Positions 60,664-64,000 of a stretch of 64,000 nt of DNA are shown piece by piece. Where the stretch lies: positions 1-64,000 of the forward strand of contig JBDKTL010000007.1 of assembly GCA_039698055.1 (NCBI GenBank), in the 5' to 3' direction. The translations under genes were made by a program, and so were the position numbers. Origin of the DNA: Methanoregula sp. Lineage in GTDB: Archaea; Halobacteriota; Methanomicrobia; Methanomicrobiales; Methanospirillaceae. The notes beneath the pieces were generated by a model. It saw nothing but the letters and a program-made list of their open reading frames with translations. It did not search any database and was not told where the DNA came from. Positions within the stretch are counted from its first letter, which is position 1, and each line of letters starts with the position of its first letter.

Positions 60664-61815
60664 CTATTGCTGCGTGAGGTACTCATATGCTTCCAGCGCG
60701 GCTTTTGCCCCGTCACCGGACGCGATGATGATCTGTTTGCTTTTTACTGACGTGACATCTCCGGCCGCGAAAATACCCTCCGTGCTCGTATGGCAGTTGA
60801 GATCTATAATAATCTCTTTTTTATCGTTCAACTCAACAAGACCATCCAGCATTGTCGTATTTGGGAGCCATCCAATCTCGATGAACACACCCTCAACATC
60901 AAGATTCTGCTCCGCACCGTCATCACTTTTTAAGGTAATGCCGGAAAGGAATTTGTCACCGTGAAGTGCCGTGATGTGCGAATGCAGGTGGACGGTAATA
61001 TTTTTCTTTGCCTCAAGGTTTTTCAGGTACACGGGATCTGCTCGTATCGTGGAACGGACAATAAGGCTTACGGATTCTGCAATAGCGCTCATTTCCACCG
61101 CCGTCTGGAGCGCCGAATTTCCTCCCCCGACAATAGCAATTCTCTTGCCTTTGTACAGCGGGCCGTCACAGGTAGAACAGATCGAGAGGCCGCGACCAAG
61201 GAACTCCTCTTCCTTTGGCACGCCGAGCCTACGCGGCTGTTTACCCTGCGTCAGGATCAGGCTTTTTGAGGTAAGAGTGAGATCGGAAGCCGTCTTTACA
61301 ACAAAGAGGCCGGCTTCTTTTGCAATACCGGTAACCTGATCCAGTTCAAGCCGGATATCGAGTGTCTGAACCTGTTCCTCAAATTTTTTCATCAGATCTT
61401 CACCCGTAACCATCCGGTATCCCATATAATTTTCAATTGCCCATGATTCAGTTGCCTGGCCACCGATGTTTTCACTGACAATGATCGTTTTAAGCAGTTT
61501 CCGTGCGCAGTAGACCCCCGCCGTAAGCCCGGCTGGCCCGGCACCGACAATGATGACATCATACTGTTCATCGGATGAAGTGGTCCCAAACAGTTCATTG
61601 AGCCGGTGGGAATCAAACCCGACAATGACTTCATCGTCAACCACGATAACCGGGACGCCCCGTTGGCCGGAAAGTGCAATCATTTTTTGTGCCGCACCAG
61701 AATCTTCACCGACATCGATGCTCTCGTACACAACACCCTGCTTATCCAAAAACGCCTTGGCCATACGGCAGTAGGGACAATTTTTTGTTGAATATACGGT
61801 GACTTTACTCATCAT
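60664..61815 (-). CDS. Glutaredoxin-thioredoxin reductase fusion protein
   Basis: N-terminal CPYC Grx (GVPV, GFD) fused to TrxR (GAGPAG, CSTCDG, GGGNSA, FAAGD). Confidence 0.9.
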   Translation of the reverse strand: MMSKVTVYSTKNCPYCRMAKAFLDKQGVVYESIDVGEDSGAAQKMIALSGQRGVPVIVVDDEVIVGFDSHRLNELFGTTSSDEQYDVIIVGAGPAGLTAGVYCARKLLKTIIVSENIGGQATESWAIENYMGYRMVTGEDLMKKFEEQVQTLDIRLELDQVTGIAKEAGLFVVKTASDLTLTSKSLILTQGKQPRRLGVPKEEEFLGRGLSICSTCDGPLYKGKRIAIVGGGNSALQTAVEMSAIAESVSLIVRSTIRADPVYLKNLEAKKNITVHLHSHITALHGDKFLSGITLKSDDGAEQNLDVEGVFIEIGWLPNTTMLDGLVELNDKKEIIIDLNCHTSTEGIFAAGDVTSVKSKQIIIASGDGAKAALEAYEYLTQQ

Positions 61816-61947
61816 TTCGAAAAGGATTTAGCGTACTATAAAGGTATGTGATTATCATCACACATGGAACATATTCATCGCAACTTTCTTTTTAGCCAAG
61901 ACCACATACACCATTAGCAAAGAAGGAAAAAGGACAGGATCCCCATC

Positions 61948-63267
61948 ATGGATACACACGCTGGATGGTACATAACCTTAAGAGGTTGTTTTGCATTGCT
62001 GATCCTTGTCACGGGCGTTTTTGCAGGCCCTGTTACCACAGCCGGTTCGGCTGATCCCGTCATGTATCTCAATTTCAATGAAGGGAGTGGCATTTACGCA
62101 CTTGATGCATCTGGCCATGGGAGCACCGGCACCATATATGGCGCCACCCGCATCGATAACGGGGGCTGCGGCAGAGCACTTTCATTGAACGGTATTGACA
62201 ATTACGTGGAGATCCCTTATAGTTCGAATAATCACCCGGAAAAGGAGATCACGGTTTCCTGCTGGTTTTATGTAAATTCTTACGATCCGCAAGTGCTCGT
62301 ATCCAGCTATCATGACGGAGGTTACCGGCTCGCATTTGCTGACGGCCAGGACCTGTGGTGGACAATCAATCTTGACGAAACCGGAGATGTATCCCTCCCA
62401 ATCCGGCACGACAGCATTTCACTGAAGAAATGGCATTACCTGACCGGATCCTACGATGGGACAACATCCAAGATCTATCTCGATGGGATTTTACTTGCCC
62501 AGCAGAATACGACCGGCACAATACGATATAGTACACAAAATTACGTGATGCTCGGTGCAGATGCAGGAGATGCGACAAAACCCTCTCCCGTGTGCCCGGA
62601 ATATCTTTCAGGAGGACTTGATGAAGTCAGGATTTACAACCGCGCGCTGACGTATGGTGAAGTGCTTGACGATAAGTTACGCTGCCCAACCGAGCCGGGC
62701 GTCCCGGAGAAGGCCACACGAGCAGTCGCAACGCCCGAAGTATGTATGCCATTATCCGGGACAGTGACGCTTGACAGCGGCCATCAGGAAACATGGGATG
62801 TTCGTTTTATGAACATAACGGATGAGTCCGTCTGGCAGGTGCATGTTCCGCAAGGCTCTACGCTCACGGTCAGTGCAGCTGATGCCTACTCGCAGGATTT
62901 GCCGGATGCCTGGTATGTGGAGATCGCTGAGGGAAACCAGAAGATTGCAAGAACAGTTGCATTCCCAAATGTCTTCAACTCGCCGTCACGAGGTGTTGTC
63001 CAAAATGGAAATGCAACTGTGCGCGTGCATTATTTTGACGGCCCGGGCAGGTTCCCGGCACAGGTAAATGTCCTGTTTGAGTCCAGCGTAACCCCGACCG
63101 CACCTCTCATCCCTAAGGCGATCCTTGAAAATCCCATTATTGTCATTTATTCGGCGTCATGGGCAACCCTGATCGCTATCGTCATCGTGATCTTCTGGCT
63201 TCACAGGCGAAGAAAGAACAGGATGAGTGAGTCCAAAGACCAGAAAGAAGAAAAGATTATAGAGTGA
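61948..63267 (+). CDS. Secreted LamG/concanavalin-like domain protein with C-terminal TM anchor
   Basis: Signal peptide, F.EG.G...D.SG, WHYL.G.YDG, G.LDEVRIYNRAL, TM plus RRRK. Confidence 0.85.
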   Translation: MDTHAGWYITLRGCFALLILVTGVFAGPVTTAGSADPVMYLNFNEGSGIYALDASGHGSTGTIYGATRIDNGGCGRALSLNGIDNYVEIPYSSNNHPEKEITVSCWFYVNSYDPQVLVSSYHDGGYRLAFADGQDLWWTINLDETGDVSLPIRHDSISLKKWHYLTGSYDGTTSKIYLDGILLAQQNTTGTIRYSTQNYVMLGADAGDATKPSPVCPEYLSGGLDEVRIYNRALTYGEVLDDKLRCPTEPGVPEKATRAVATPEVCMPLSGTVTLDSGHQETWDVRFMNITDESVWQVHVPQGSTLTVSAADAYSQDLPDAWYVEIAEGNQKIARTVAFPNVFNSPSRGVVQNGNATVRVHYFDGPGRFPAQVNVLFESSVTPTAPLIPKAILENPIIVIYSASWATLIAIVIVIFWLHRRRKNRMSESKDQKEEKIIE

Positions 63268-63760
63268 TTTCCCGGAACTGTTTCCCGAAAACACCACATA
63301 TCGGACATTTTTCCGGCACAATACCGATCTCAATGTTACCGCATACCGGGCAAAGGAATATTTTTTCCCGTCCCAGATCGTGTCCTGCTTTTAAAGCGGC
63401 AAGTGCCTTTTTGTAGTGGTTTGCATGGACCTGCTCGGCTTTCATCGCAAATGTAAACACAAGAACTGCATCGCTCTTGCTTTCTTTTTCTGCCTGCTTG
63501 ACAAAATCCGGGTACATCGAAGTGTATTCGTGTGTTTCACCCTCGATGCTGGTCTCGAGATTGTTCTCCGTCGGGCCAATCGCGGCAAGTATCTTCAGGA
63601 GTTTTTTTGCATGGATCGCTTCTGCTTCCGAAGCTGCTTTGTAAAGCGTCGCAATATTTTTGAACCCCTCTTCGGCTGCTTTATCGGAAAACGCCTGATA
63701 TTTCCTGTTTGCCTGGGATTCCCCGGCAAATGCTTCTATCGCATTCTCTTTGGTTGCCAT
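63257..63760 (-). CDS. rbr: Rubrerythrin
   Basis: AFAGESQA, EAIHA, GETHE, EQVH, C-terminal CPVCG...CPICG. Confidence 0.93.
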   Translation of the reverse strand: MATKENAIEAFAGESQANRKYQAFSDKAAEEGFKNIATLYKAASEAEAIHAKKLLKILAAIGPTENNLETSIEGETHEYTSMYPDFVKQAEKESKSDAVLVFTFAMKAEQVHANHYKKALAALKAGHDLGREKIFLCPVCGNIEIGIVPEKCPICGVFGKQFREITL

Positions 63761-63909
63761 GAGAGATGATTTGGAAAGGGGGTTACTTAAAGATTCTTCA
63801 TGCGGCAGGAAGATCTGCCAACATAAAAAGCAAGAGTTTATCGATGCCTCAATACCCACGCATACGTACGCATTCCGTTTTTTGTACGGTAATGATACCA
63901 GAGTCTGCC

Positions 63910-64000
63910 ATGAAAAAAATGAAAGAAGTCCCTGAACTGGACCGGCCCAGGGAAAAAATTGCCGTTAAAGGAGCTCGGGCACTTTCCGACACCGAGCTTA
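63910..64000 (+). CDS. radC: RadC-family protein, N-terminus (partial)
   Basis: MKKMKEVPELDRPREKIAVKGARALSDTEL matches the RadC N-terminal RPRE...G..ALS..EL motif. Confidence 0.85.
   Translation, partial: MKKMKEVPELDRPREKIAVKGARALSDTEL

Noticed and set aside
63910-64000. radC as a marker of a mobile element
   Set aside because: Only the N-terminus of a long-form RadC is visible; no mobile-element context inside the window

Overview
The window is archaeal chromosomal DNA, most consistent with a Methanomicrobiales methanogen (Methanoregula-like; inferred from gene content and order). It is mostly housekeeping. Present are the complete A1Ao ATP synthase operon (atpHIKECFABD) followed by pgk, class II lysS, nadE, cupin pgi, thiL, rio2, a coupled lonB-tldD-pmbA-bofA-like operon and prs-nob1-gfcR-thermosome. 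Also present are type IV pilus PilB/PilC-like genes divergent from an inactive plus active KaiC pair, purF-rpl37e-lsm, PUA-sepF-ZPR1, purM-lysC, tfrAB, a Grx-TrxR fusion, rubrerythrin, three tRNAs (Ala-UGC, Ser-CGA, initiator Met), a probable IS481-like end at the left edge and a radC start at the right edge. No CRISPR array, provirus or rRNA was seen. The most notable observations are: (1) a catalytically dead TtcA/NcsA paralog, a possible Ctu2-like pseudoenzyme; (2) the translationally coupled protease operon ending in a BofA-like membrane protein; (3) a 17-bp inverted/direct repeat triad that truncates a flavodoxin-like gene; (4) a G/C-tract-rich structured intergenic element after lysS; (5) a perfect 45-bp internal repeat between the two ACT domains of aspartate kinase; and (6) two small genes missed by the ORF track. 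No fully novel system can be proven from sequence alone; these are candidates. All family assignments come from motif recognition, not database searches.
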